A stretch of 64,000 nucleotides of DNA from Bacteroidota bacterium (GTDB lineage: Bacteria > Bacteroidota > Bacteroidia > Chitinophagales > LD1), in contig CANJLD010000006.1 in assembly GCA_947475165.1 (NCBI GenBank), positions 13,824 to 77,823 on the forward strand. The letters run 5' to 3'. The notes under the pieces were generated by a model. It was not told where the DNA came from. It did not search any database and worked only from the letters and a program-made list of their open reading frames with translations. Positions 1 to 9,300 of this stretch are shown here, one piece after another (the first letter of the stretch is position 1; each line of letters starts with the position of its first letter). Position numbers and translations under genes: made by a program.

Positions 1-2977
1 TGTTGACTTAGGTGTAATCGGTGGTACTTCTCCTTACAATTATGTTTGGAACAACGGAGCAATTACAGAAGACCTGATCGGTGTGCCGGGTGGAACGTAT
101 ACGGTTGTGATACACGATGCCAACGGATGCAGCGTGGTTAACTCCGTTACAGTTACAGAGCCTGCTCCGGTTACTATTTCAGTGGTTAAAACAGATGTGT
201 TATGCAACGGTGGCAGTACCGGTGCTATTGATATTACAGTGAATGGCGGAACACCAACCATTACTTATGCCTGGAGTAATAGCGCGGTTAGCGAAGACTT
301 AACCGGTATTACAGCAGGAAACTATTCCGTAGTTATTATTGATGGCAATGGATGTTCGGCAAGCGCAATCGCTGTTATAATACAACCAGCTGCCATTGTT
401 ATGAATGCCTCAGTTGTAAACGTGGGCTGTGCCGGTGGTGCAGATGGCTCTATTGATATTACGGTGCAGGGAGGGATATTACCTTACACTTATTTGTGGA
501 GCAATAGTGCTGTGACAGAAGATATTCAAAACGTATCGGGTGGAAACTTTAGTGTTACGGTAACTGATGCAAACTTATGTACGATAACGGCTTCGTTTAC
601 ACTTACAGAACCCAGCGCAATTACATCTTCAATTATAGGAACGGATGTTACCTGCAACGGTGCAAACAACGGTGCTGCTGATTTAACTGTAAGCGGAGGA
701 ACAGCTCCTTACGTTTTCTTATGGTCAACTTTCCAGGGCTCTGAGGATATTTCAGGGTTAGATGGTGGGCTTTATTATGTGATTATTACCGATGCTAATG
801 GATGCGAGAGCAAGGATTCAGTTTTGCTGACAGAACCGGCACCACTTATTCTTACAACTGTTGTTACCAATATTTCCTGTTTTAATGCCAATGACGGAGC
901 AATTGATTTAACTGTTACCGGTGGCACGCCAACTTATTCTTACGCTTGGAGCAATGCAGCTATTACCGAAGACCTTTCAAGTTTGCCCGGTGGTTTGTAT
1001 GTGGTTACTGTAACCGATAACCATAACTGCAGCGCAACAACTTCGGTTACCATTGTTAATCCATCGGCTATTTATACCAACTTTATAGTAAAGAATCCGC
1101 TTTGTTATGGAGATACGAGTGGTCGAATTGATTTGATTGTATCCGGTGGCACACCGTTGTATGATTTTTCTTGGAGTAATAGTGCTGTTACTGAAGACTT
1201 ATTAAACATACCTGCCGGAACTTACATTGTTACCGTTACCGATTCAAGAAATTGCAGCCGCGTTGATTCTACAACAGTGATAGAACCGGGTCAGATATTT
1301 ACTTCGGGTGTTGTGAAGAATGTAACCTGTGCCGGTCTTTCTGACGGCTTTGTTGACATTACTGCATATGCGGGCACCTTGCCTTACTCTTACACTTGGT
1401 CAACACTTCAGTCTACGGAAGACATTTTTAATATACCGGGTGGCGACTATTATGTAACAGTAACTGACGCCAACGGTTGTCAGGCGGTTTCATTATACAT
1501 TATTAAAGAACCTCTTCCGCTTGGTATCAGTATTGTAAAAACTGATGTGCAGTGTTTTGATGCAGCTACAGGAACGCTTGCGGTAATACCAACCGGTGGT
1601 TCACATCCGTATTATTATTTGTGGAATACTTTTGATACCGATTCATTGATACAGGGTGTTGTGGCCGGTCATTATGTAGTTCAGCTTACCGATTCGAACG
1701 GCTGCTTTATTTACGACAGCATTGATATTACTCAACCAACAGAAATTAATATCGCAGCTTCTCTGACCGATGCAATTTGTTTTGGTGCAGCCACGGCAAT
1801 TGTTGATGTAACTACTACCGGTGGCACTCCTTCTTATACATTCGGCTGGAGCAACAGCGCAGTTATCGAAGACCTTAATGGTGTAGTTGCAGGAACATAC
1901 ACGCTTACGGTTACGGACGGAAACACTTGCCAGAAGTCGGCAATATTTACTGTCGGGCAGGGAACGCAGATAATTCCAAACCTTGGGACTTACGACCCTA
2001 TATGTCATGGAGGGAACACCGGTTCTATTACTTCTATCACTACGGGAGGTGTTCAACCATATGTGTATTCATGGAGTAATAGCAAAACGACTATCTCTAT
2101 CGGAAATCTGATTGCCGGCACTTATACGCTTACCATTACTGATGCATTGACTTGCACTGCTTCTGCTTCCGCAACTCTTAACGACCCTTCAGCAATTGTG
2201 GTTACCGCCAATTCGCAAGGGGCCAAGTGTTTTAATACTGCCAGCGGAATTGTAAACGCAGGTGTAACCGGTGGCTTTGGTCCTTATACTTATTTATTGA
2301 ATGGTGTTGGGCAGTCGACCGACACCTTCACCAATTTATTGCCGGGCGATTATTTATTGATTGTAACCGATGTAAACGGATGTCAGGGCACGGCTAACTT
2401 CAGCGTTTCATCGCCAACAGAAATTTATGTTGATTTAGGAGTTACTCAACAAGTTATTCTCACAGGTATGAATACGCAACTGGTGGCTACAGCAACTTCT
2501 CAAACACCAATCCTGAATTATTTCTGGCAACCGGATACGGTTCTTGATTTCATTATTTGTGGTGACCCGCAGAATTGCGCTAACCCGTATGCTGCTCCGC
2601 TTACAACTACCACCTTTACCGTTACTGTAATGAATGCCGATTCTTGTTATGCATCGGATACAGTTACTGTGCAGGTATTGAATCAGCCATCGGCATTTAT
2701 TCCAACAGCATTTACACCAAATGATGACCAGTTGAACGACCGGTTCGAGTTTGATATTCTCGGAGCAAAGAATATTGATGTTGTCATCTTCGACAGATGG
2801 GGACAGCAAATTTATGCCAACGCAACGCAAGCAAACGGAATGACTAATAGCAACGGCTGGGATGGAAAAGTGAATGGCAAACCAGCACCGTTTGACACGT
2901 ATGTTTATCAGTTGAAGGTAACTTACTTTGATAATGTAACTAAGCCGTTCACCGGAACGGTCACTATAATGAAATAG
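1..2977 (+). CDS. SprB-repeat cell-surface protein with a type B (gliding-motility-associated) T9SS C-terminal domain; the 5' end lies outside the window
   Basis: Frame 2 is open from the window edge (VDLGVIGGTSPYNYVWNNGAITEDL precedes the GTG used by the ORF track). There are at least 10 tandem ~77-80-aa repeats with the SprB pattern (C-x-G...G-x-I-D...GG-x-x-P-Y-x-Y-x-W-S-N...TEDL...G-x-Y-x-V-x-V-x-D-x-N-G-C). The C-terminal ~90 aa (FIPTAFTPNDDQLNDRFEF...FDRWGQQIY...GWDGKVNGKPAPFDTYVYQLKVTY) matches the gliding-motility C-terminal domain. Confidence 0.85.
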   Translation, partial: VDLGVIGGTSPYNYVWNNGAITEDLIGVPGGTYTVVIHDANGCSVVNSVTVTEPAPVTISVVKTDVLCNGGSTGAIDITVNGGTPTITYAWSNSAVSEDLTGITAGNYSVVIIDGNGCSASAIAVIIQPAAIVMNASVVNVGCAGGADGSIDITVQGGILPYTYLWSNSAVTEDIQNVSGGNFSVTVTDANLCTITASFTLTEPSAITSSIIGTDVTCNGANNGAADLTVSGGTAPYVFLWSTFQGSEDISGLDGGLYYVIITDANGCESKDSVLLTEPAPLILTTVVTNISCFNANDGAIDLTVTGGTPTYSYAWSNAAITEDLSSLPGGLYVVTVTDNHNCSATTSVTIVNPSAIYTNFIVKNPLCYGDTSGRIDLIVSGGTPLYDFSWSNSAVTEDLLNIPAGTYIVTVTDSRNCSRVDSTTVIEPGQIFTSGVVKNVTCAGLSDGFVDITAYAGTLPYSYTWSTLQSTEDIFNIPGGDYYVTVTDANGCQAVSLYIIKEPLPLGISIVKTDVQCFDAATGTLAVIPTGGSHPYYYLWNTFDTDSLIQGVVAGHYVVQLTDSNGCFIYDSIDITQPTEINIAASLTDAICFGAATAIVDVTTTGGTPSYTFGWSNSAVIEDLNGVVAGTYTLTVTDGNTCQKSAIFTVGQGTQIIPNLGTYDPICHGGNTGSITSITTGGVQPYVYSWSNSKTTISIGNLIAGTYTLTITDALTCTASASATLNDPSAIVVTANSQGAKCFNTASGIVNAGVTGGFGPYTYLLNGVGQSTDTFTNLLPGDYLLIVTDVNGCQGTANFSVSSPTEIYVDLGVTQQVILTGMNTQLVATATSQTPILNYFWQPDTVLDFIICGDPQNCANPYAAPLTTTTFTVTVMNADSCYASDTVTVQVLNQPSAFIPTAFTPNDDQLNDRFEFDILGAKNIDVVIFDRWGQQIYANATQANGMTNSNGWDGKVNGKPAPFDTYVYQLKVTYFDNVTKPFTGTVTIMK

Positions 2978-2983
2978 TTTTAA

Positions 2984-3016
2984 AGCCCCCGATTAATCGG
3001 GGGCTTTTTATTTTTA
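2984..3016 (+). terminator. Rho-independent terminator after the SprB-repeat gene
   Basis: GC-rich hairpin GCCCCC-GATTAATC-GGGGGC (2985-3004) followed by TTTTTATTTTTA, 7 nt after the stop codon. Confidence 0.8.
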
Positions 3017-3020
3017 TGCT

Positions 3021-3527
3021 ATGAAATATGACGCTCAATATTTTGTCGGTAAGTTTCAGATGCAGTTGCATCCCGAAGGCGGCTGGTTTAAAGAAACTTA
3101 TCGGAGCGATGAAATTATTCTGAAAGAGCATTTGCCCAACCGGTTCAGCGATGGCAGAAGTTTTTGCACCGCCATTTATTTTCTGCTGGAAGGCAAACAG
3201 TTCTCTTCTTTCCACCGAATTAAGAGCGATGAGATGTGGCATTTTTATGCCGGTGATGCGCTGGATGTATTTGTGATAGACGAAGAAGGGAAACTGGAAG
3301 TAATTAAAATAGGAAGCGATTTAGAAAACGGTGAGAAGTTTCAGCATGTAGTAAAGGCAGGTTGCTGGTTTGCTTCACAGCCTGCGAAGGAACATTCTTT
3401 TTCTTTAGTAGGTTGCACCGTGGCACCGGGGTTTGACTTTGAAGATTTTGAACTGGCAAAAGCCAATGTTCTTGCAAAAGAATTCCCTCAACACAAAACA
3501 ATTATTCGAAAATTATGCAAGCAATAA
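3021..3527 (+). CDS. Cupin-fold protein, DUF985/YML079w-like family
   Basis: 168-aa ORF with ATG at 3021. The sequence HPEGGWFKETYRS...IYFLLEG...FHRIKSDEMWHFYAGD...GCTVAPGFDFEDFEL is typical of the DUF985 cupin family. Confidence 0.75.
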   Translation: MKYDAQYFVGKFQMQLHPEGGWFKETYRSDEIILKEHLPNRFSDGRSFCTAIYFLLEGKQFSSFHRIKSDEMWHFYAGDALDVFVIDEEGKLEVIKIGSDLENGEKFQHVVKAGCWFASQPAKEHSFSLVGCTVAPGFDFEDFELAKANVLAKEFPQHKTIIRKLCKQ

Positions 3528-4154
3528 ACGAATCCGAACGCTTACTTGAGGACAATCGAGAATGGGCAAAACAACAGGTATAAACCGACCCCGATTTTTT
3601 TAAACGATTAGAAGCGTTGCAATCGCCCGAATTTTTGTGGATTGGCTGTAGCGACAGCCGTGTGCCGGCTAACCAGATTACCGGTACCAAACCCCGGTGA
3701 AATTTTTGTGCACCGCAACGTGGCGAACTTAGTAGTGAATGGCGATATCAATTTGTTGAGTGTGCTGCAATACTCGGTAGAGGTTTTAAAAGTGAAACAC
3801 ATTATCGTGTGCGGACATTACGGCTGCGGAGGTGTGCAAGCCGCTATGACCAACCAAAGTTTCGGTGTGCTGAATAACTGGCTCCACAACATTAAAGATG
3901 TTTACCGCTTGCATCAACCGGAAGTAGATGCTTTGCCAACTACAGAAGATAAGAACAACCGGATGACAGAATTAAATGTGCAGGAGCAAGTGTTGAATCT
4001 GGCTAAAACTGCAATCGTTCAAAGTGCATGGAAGAAAGAACAGCGGCCATATTTACACGGTTGGGTTTATTCGTTGAAAAATGGAATCCTGAAGTCTATT
4101 TTAGAAATGCCACCCAATTCACCGGTGAATCCGATTTATAAATTTGAGATTTAG
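3515..4154 (+). pseudogene. can: Beta-class carbonic anhydrase (Can/CynT type) disrupted by an in-frame TAA and a 1-nt insertion
   Basis: ATG 3515 gives MQAINESERLLEDNREWAKQQV, then TAA (3581-3583). The same frame continues [37 protein letters not shown]. The frame is then lost in the C4 run 3692-3695, and [13 protein letters not shown]...CGHYGCGGV... continues in the next frame to 4154. It is collinear with E. coli Can as I remember it. Confidence 0.75.
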
Positions 4155-4247
4155 AATCGAAATCTCATTGTAAAATTATTCCCCTCTTTCACTCGTTGAC
4201 TAGTTTTTATTGTGTTGCTACGTTATAAAGCAATTCTAGCAATGACG

Positions 4248-4637
4248 TTAAAGTTTCGCCCGGATATCCGCAGCAATTTTCTCTAACTCCTCTCCTGCCA
4301 ATTTCAACTTAGGTTGGCTGAAATTTATAGCATCACTAATCAATGGAATTAAATGTATGTGCGCGTGCGGAACTTCTAAACCTACTACTGCTACACCTAC
4401 CCGTTTACATTCAACTGCTTTATCAATGGCGAGAGCCACGCTCTTTGCAAAAACCATCATGCCGCTGATAGTCTTATCGTCCAAATCGAAAATGTAATCG
4501 GTTTCAGCTTTAGGTACTACTAGCGTGTGTCCTTTGGCAAGCGGAGAAATATCGAGAAAAGCAAAGTAGTTTTCGTCCTCCGCAATTTTGTAGCAGGGAA
4601 TTTCTCCGTTTATAATTCTGCTGAAAATGGTAGGCAT
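4248..4637 (-). CDS. HIT (histidine triad) family nucleotide hydrolase/transferase
   Basis: 129 aa with the FSRIINGEIP N-terminus and the histidine triad HAHIHLIP (HxHxHxx). It lies 3 nt downstream of greA on the same strand. Confidence 0.9.
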   Translation of the reverse strand: MPTIFSRIINGEIPCYKIAEDENYFAFLDISPLAKGHTLVVPKAETDYIFDLDDKTISGMMVFAKSVALAIDKAVECKRVGVAVVGLEVPHAHIHLIPLISDAINFSQPKLKLAGEELEKIAADIRAKL

Positions 4638-4640
4638 GAC

Positions 4641-5114
4641 TTAAATCGAAATCTTCAGAATTTCAAACTCAATAGCACCTGCCGGTGTTTGCGCTTTGGT
4701 GATATCGCCAATTGCTTTGCCAAGCAATGCTTTGCCAATGGGTGAGGTAATGGAAAGTTTCCCTTCTTTTAAATCTGCTTCGGCTTCGCTTACCAAAGTG
4801 AACTTCATTTTCTTGTTTGCCTTTTTATTCAGCACCTCCACCGTTGAAAGAATATTGGCGTGCGATAAATCCACATCGCTTTCATTCATAACGCGCGCAT
4901 TTGTCAGCTTAGATTCCATTTCAGAAAGTTTAGCCTCTAAATGTCCTTGCTCTTCTTTCGCGGCATGGTATTCAGCATTTTCCGATAAGTCGCCTTTCTC
5001 TCTTGCTTCTGCAATTGCCTTAGCAATTTCCGGACGCTTAACGGTACGCAGGTACTTAACTTCCTCCTGAAGTTTTTCCAAGCCTTCCTTGGTCATATAA
5101 AATATGTCTGACAT
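4641..5114 (-). CDS. greA: Transcription elongation factor GreA
   Basis: 157 aa with a full-length GreA pattern: N-terminal coiled coil with DLSENAEYHAAKEEQ and a C-terminal domain with SITSPIGKALLGK. Confidence 0.95.
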   Translation of the reverse strand: MSDIFYMTKEGLEKLQEEVKYLRTVKRPEIAKAIAEAREKGDLSENAEYHAAKEEQGHLEAKLSEMESKLTNARVMNESDVDLSHANILSTVEVLNKKANKKMKFTLVSEAEADLKEGKLSITSPIGKALLGKAIGDITKAQTPAGAIEFEILKISI

Positions 5115-5120
5115 GGTAAT

Positions 5121-5145
5121 GATTTTAGATTTTAGATTTTAGATT
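5121..5145. repeat. Tandem heptamer GATTTTA x3.6 immediately upstream of the greA start
   Basis: Perfect units at 5121-5127, 5128-5134 and 5135-5141, plus a partial unit at 5142-5145. On the greA strand this reads TAAAATC repeats ending 6 nt before the ATG. Confidence 0.6.
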
Positions 5146-5184
5146 GAATACAAAGAGCGTCAATCGTTCCATCATGTAATCATG

Positions 5185-5222
5185 GTAAAAAAAGGAAAGA
5201 CGCCCCGTATAGAGACGTCTCT
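5185..5222 (-). terminator. Possible rho-independent terminator after the PorV-like gene
   Basis: On the minus strand, AGACG (rc of 5216-5220) pairs with CGTCT (rc of 5198-5202) and is followed by TTCCTTTTTTT. The stem is short (5-6 bp), so the call is weak. Confidence 0.4.
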
Positions 5223-5246
5223 TTATTTTCAAAACAAAATTATGAA

Positions 5247-6320
5247 TTACAAGTTAAAGTGCAAGCCTATGCTGTGTGTGCCGGCAAATGTTTGTGTCAT
5301 ACGGAACGAATAATCAATTCCCAAACGCGGACCGTCTTTTTTCAGCGGAGCATCGAAAGAAAGACCTGCTGCAAAACCGTTATAAACATTCAGGCTTGTT
5401 GCTTTTTTAAACTGCCCGCTTTCAAAACGGTAAGCTGCGCGTAGCATCAACATTTCTTTCCAGCCAAACTCAAGACCCACACCGTAGTTGTCATAACCAA
5501 AGGCATTTGAGGTAAAGTTAGCAAGAGCTGTTAAGCGGAAATCCTGTTTGTAAACTTTAGGGCTTACTTCTTTCTTCTTTCCCATCCAGAAATCGTATGC
5601 CGCACCAATATTTAATTGCGTAGGCAGTTCAAACTTGTTTGGTTTATTATCTACCGTTAATTGATACGTAGTAGAAGAAATTATTTGCTGCGAAGTTCCC
5701 AAGGCATCACCTTTAAATTTCATAGGCGTTCCCACATTGCGAAGCGATACTCCAAAATGGATATTATCTTTTGGACCGGTCACATATTGCAAACCTGCAT
5801 CAATAGCAAAACCAAAAGCATTCAGGTTACCCAAACCTTCGTTTACCATTCTAAAAGTAATACCACCCGAAATACTGTTTGAAAACAACTTAGAATACGT
5901 CAAGCCTATGTTGAGGAATGTTGGACGGTAAGTTCCAAGTCCGCCTTCAGGATTTTGCGTAGTTGTTCTTTCAATAGTTCCCAAATTCAACGCCTGAATA
6001 CTTATAGCAATGGCATTGGTTTCTTTAAATTTTTGTGCCACACCAACATGCGCTACACCAACACCCGAGCCTTGCAGCCAAAGGGTATATGCCGCAGCAA
6101 TTTCTGTTTTTTGGGTAAAGGCAATTCCCGCAGGGTTTATTCTTTCTGCTTCTATACCTCTAATTCCGGCAGTATTCATACTCCAGAAACCGGAAGAGCG
6201 TCCCCATCCGTTCATCAGCAATTCATACGCACCGGCCTCCCCTCTGCGGTCAGGGTTTCCGGCAAACACATTGCTGCCAAACAAAAGAGCAGTTATCAGT
6301 ATGGTTAAAATTTTCTTCAT
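5247..6320 (-). CDS. PorV/PorQ-family (DUF3308-like) outer-membrane beta-barrel protein
   Basis: 357 aa with signal peptide MKKILTILITALLFGSNVFA. The N-terminal motif GEAGAYELLMNGWGRSSGF...INPAGIAF resembles the conserved PorV/PorQ-family motif, and the amphipathic beta-strand pattern runs to the C-terminus. This is a family-level call only. Confidence 0.6.
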   Translation of the reverse strand: MKKILTILITALLFGSNVFAGNPDRRGEAGAYELLMNGWGRSSGFWSMNTAGIRGIEAERINPAGIAFTQKTEIAAAYTLWLQGSGVGVAHVGVAQKFKETNAIAISIQALNLGTIERTTTQNPEGGLGTYRPTFLNIGLTYSKLFSNSISGGITFRMVNEGLGNLNAFGFAIDAGLQYVTGPKDNIHFGVSLRNVGTPMKFKGDALGTSQQIISSTTYQLTVDNKPNKFELPTQLNIGAAYDFWMGKKKEVSPKVYKQDFRLTALANFTSNAFGYDNYGVGLEFGWKEMLMLRAAYRFESGQFKKATSLNVYNGFAAGLSFDAPLKKDGPRLGIDYSFRMTQTFAGTHSIGLHFNL

Positions 6321-6395
6321 AATCCTATGCTTTAATGGTTATCGCTTTTTCTTTAAATCCCGATTACGTTAAGCGTAGCCGGGACATTTTATTTT

Positions 6396-9300
6396 TTAGA
6401 AGTTAGAAGTATCAGCCGGTCTTACCGCTCCAAACCACTTCAATGTTTTCTCACCAATACCCGGTGCTTCAACATGGAACAAATAAATACCGCTTGAGAT
6501 GGCAATGCCTTTATCGTTTTTCAAATCCCAGTCAATAGAGTTATCGAGATTTACATCCGATACCGGATTACCATCTGTAATTTCAATTCTTCTATTGGTA
6601 GACGGGTCTACATCAATAGCGCGGCTGAGTTTACGAATCAAGGTTCCGTCTAACGAGTAGATGGTCACCGTGCATTTGTTCGGCAGGTTAGTCACCTTTA
6701 CGCGGTTGTTGTTCTGGTCAGTTTCATACGTTGAGTAAGCCAGATATGGGTTCGGCACCACCCGAATTATATCGAGCGCGCTCTTCGCCAACTCCTGATT
6801 TTTTTCAGTAGCTCCCAATCCCTTTGTGCTAAACTGGTAACGTGGCAACGAATCAATTCCGTTCGAAGCGTTAGTTAAAAAACGGTTGTATGGTTTCTCT
6901 ACACGCAGTCTTACTTTCAGTTCTGCCGGTGGAACTATTTTATTTCCATTTCCATCATCGGCAAAGCTGTAACCGGTTGCTAAGTGCGGAATAGAAGTCC
7001 ACATTAAATCGCGGTGTACTTCCTGCACGGCTTTCGGTATGTTAAGCACGGTGCTAACGGTAATGGTATCGTAGCGGCTTACTAAAATTTCCTGCGCTGC
7101 GCGACCTTCATCGTATTTGGTACTCATTACATAAATAAAATGCTTGCCACCAAAAAGCGGAAGACGTTCAATGGTTTGCCCTGGTAACAATATAGGACTG
7201 TAAACATTTGCGGTCGGATTCCAAAGCATATCGTTTCCGTTTTGCTCGGTCATATCTGAACTTTCGCCAAACGCAATGTTTAACCGCTCTCCGGTTTCTA
7301 CATTTACCGCATAACCCGGGAACCATGAACGTCCGGTATCACGGGTTTCTCCATGAGAACCATCCATATACCAGTTGTTATCTTTATCCCACGAGAAGTG
7401 CATTCTGATTTGCCCTTTAAACGCCCCTCTGCCGGCAAGTATGGTTGTTACCTGACGCGGGAACATGAAGTTTCCTTCGTTTAAAGATTCATCTTCTCCG
7501 GTTTCAAACACCACGCATCTAGTCCATTTGCTTTTATCAGGTGTAAAGATAATGTCAACACTTGCCAGTTTATCTAACGTGTTTTGCGATGGTGTGCTGG
7601 CAGTTGCTCCCAACTGATAATTTCTCCACTTAAAGCCCGGACCATAAATATATGGCGGAGCAGGAGTAGTTGCATTTTTGTTAGAATAGTTAGCAGCCAA
7701 GCAATAAGGTGCCCATCTGCCGCCTGCTATATTTTCAAAAATCTCACTGGTATCATCAAAAGTAAAGTTAGGATATGTAGATGGCGTTCCTGTTGGGTAA
7801 TACCAGTTATCGTCAAATACTCCGGCTGCTGCTTTGGTAGAAGCTGCACTACTTGCTGGGTCGTTTGCAATTGTTCCTGAACGAATCCAGTTAGTTACTG
7901 CATTTGTTCCTTCGTCTTTTACAAATCCTAACCACTGCTCCAACGGGTTGGCATATTCAATAGATGATGGTAAGGCATCATAAACATATCTTGTAGGTGC
8001 ACCTGTTGTAGACAGATATACTCCAGGTATAGTATACTTAGGAGCCGGTGTTCCGAGCTTAATCGAGAACCCATAATCTGTTTTTTGACCATTAGCACTT
8101 AAAGAAATCTGCTGTTCAAACGGACGGTCTAAACTGCGTTGGCTCCAGATAGTATCGTTGTTAGTTACATCGCGCAGGAACCAGTAAGTAGAACTATTTA
8201 CTTTAGGGTTAGAAGTAGTATCTACAAACTGCAATTCAAAATCAGCTTCTTTTAAACTAACCGGGTCGGTTACTTTAAAGCCAATAGGGTCGTTGCCTTT
8301 TTCGTAAGCAAGCGTATCGGTAAAAGCAACCGAACCTGAGTTAATGATTTGCTCAATAGTTTCCGGTGTTAACTGTAACGAGTTTCCTCCGTTGCCTTGT
8401 CCTTCAATACGTTTTACTTCTACTCCATCGCCCCACTGCGCATTCAGGATAGTTCCTTCATTGCGCGGATCCGGTATATGCGGAATGGCTGAGTAAATTT
8501 TAAAGTTTCCTCTTCCTTGCAAGAAAGGAGTTAACTGCGTATTCGGCTGCGGATTGCTTTGGTCGTATGCTTTGTAATTGTTGTAAGCGTAAGCAATAGC
8601 CGTGTAGTAATACGTTTTGTGATTTATCAGCGAGTTATCGCTACCGGTGGCAAATAAATCTTGCGAAACCTGAAACGAAGAAATAGTGCCTTCATCGTTA
8701 CCATCTACTTTTAACACCGGCACATATAAACCAAGCGAGGCATCTTTAACAAAGTTGATGATTTTAGAAATTCCGTTTTTAATATCCACCTGTGCTACTA
8801 ATAAGGCTTTTTCAGGGTCTTCCAAATCGGTAGCAGAAACTTTTGCATTAGCCACCTGATACACTTTGTAGCCTTCAAACGTAAAGGTTGAATCGCCACC
8901 GCCCAATTGGTTAACTGCCTGCACAGCCGCACCATCTTTTTGGTCGTAAGCTTCGCCATAGTTATTAGAACCCGGAAGGTTTTGTAGGTTAATGATTAAG
9001 CCATTCTTCATTTCGCGGATAGCCAAGGTAGGCGCATCCGGTCCATCTAATAATTTAAAGCAAGTGTTGAACAATTGCTGCGCTTTATCATCGGCAGGTC
9101 CAATAGTAGTTCCAAAACATGGTGGAACCCCCACACCGCCCGCAGGGCGAACAAACACAACCCCTACAGTTACATACTGCGATACTCCCGGATTAAGATT
9201 AAACGGACCCGATGTTTGTACCATTCTTCTATCACCTGCGGCAATAGTTACTCCAGTCTGCACTTCGCTCCACTGATTTGGGTCGCAAGGCTCTCCCGGA

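Noticed and set aside
40-2830. Minus-strand ORFs 40..261, 1643..2056 and 2435..2830, antisense to the first SprB-repeat gene. Analogous antisense ORFs lie inside the second adhesin at 27172..27471, 28051..28557, 28918..29244 and 30926..31230.
   Set aside because: They lie wholly inside strongly supported repeat-domain CDSs on the other strand. Their translations are low-complexity (R/I/N/C-rich), no family is recognisable and they have no independent start context. Such ORFs are typical artefacts of long ORFs.
3581-3583. The in-frame TAA in the carbonic anhydrase gene as programmed readthrough or a reassigned stop codon.
   Set aside because: TAA is used as a normal stop by many genes in this window (for example the cupin, aspS and several GT genes). 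A second, unrelated frameshift lies in the same gene. Simple gene decay or sequencing error is more parsimonious.
3642-4154. ORF 3642..4154 as an intact, shorter carbonic anhydrase.
   Set aside because: Its first ~18 codons are out-of-frame translation of the CA gene ([18 protein letters not shown]). The product would lack the CSDSR motif that holds a zinc ligand and the Asp-Arg dyad, so it is treated as part of a pseudogene.
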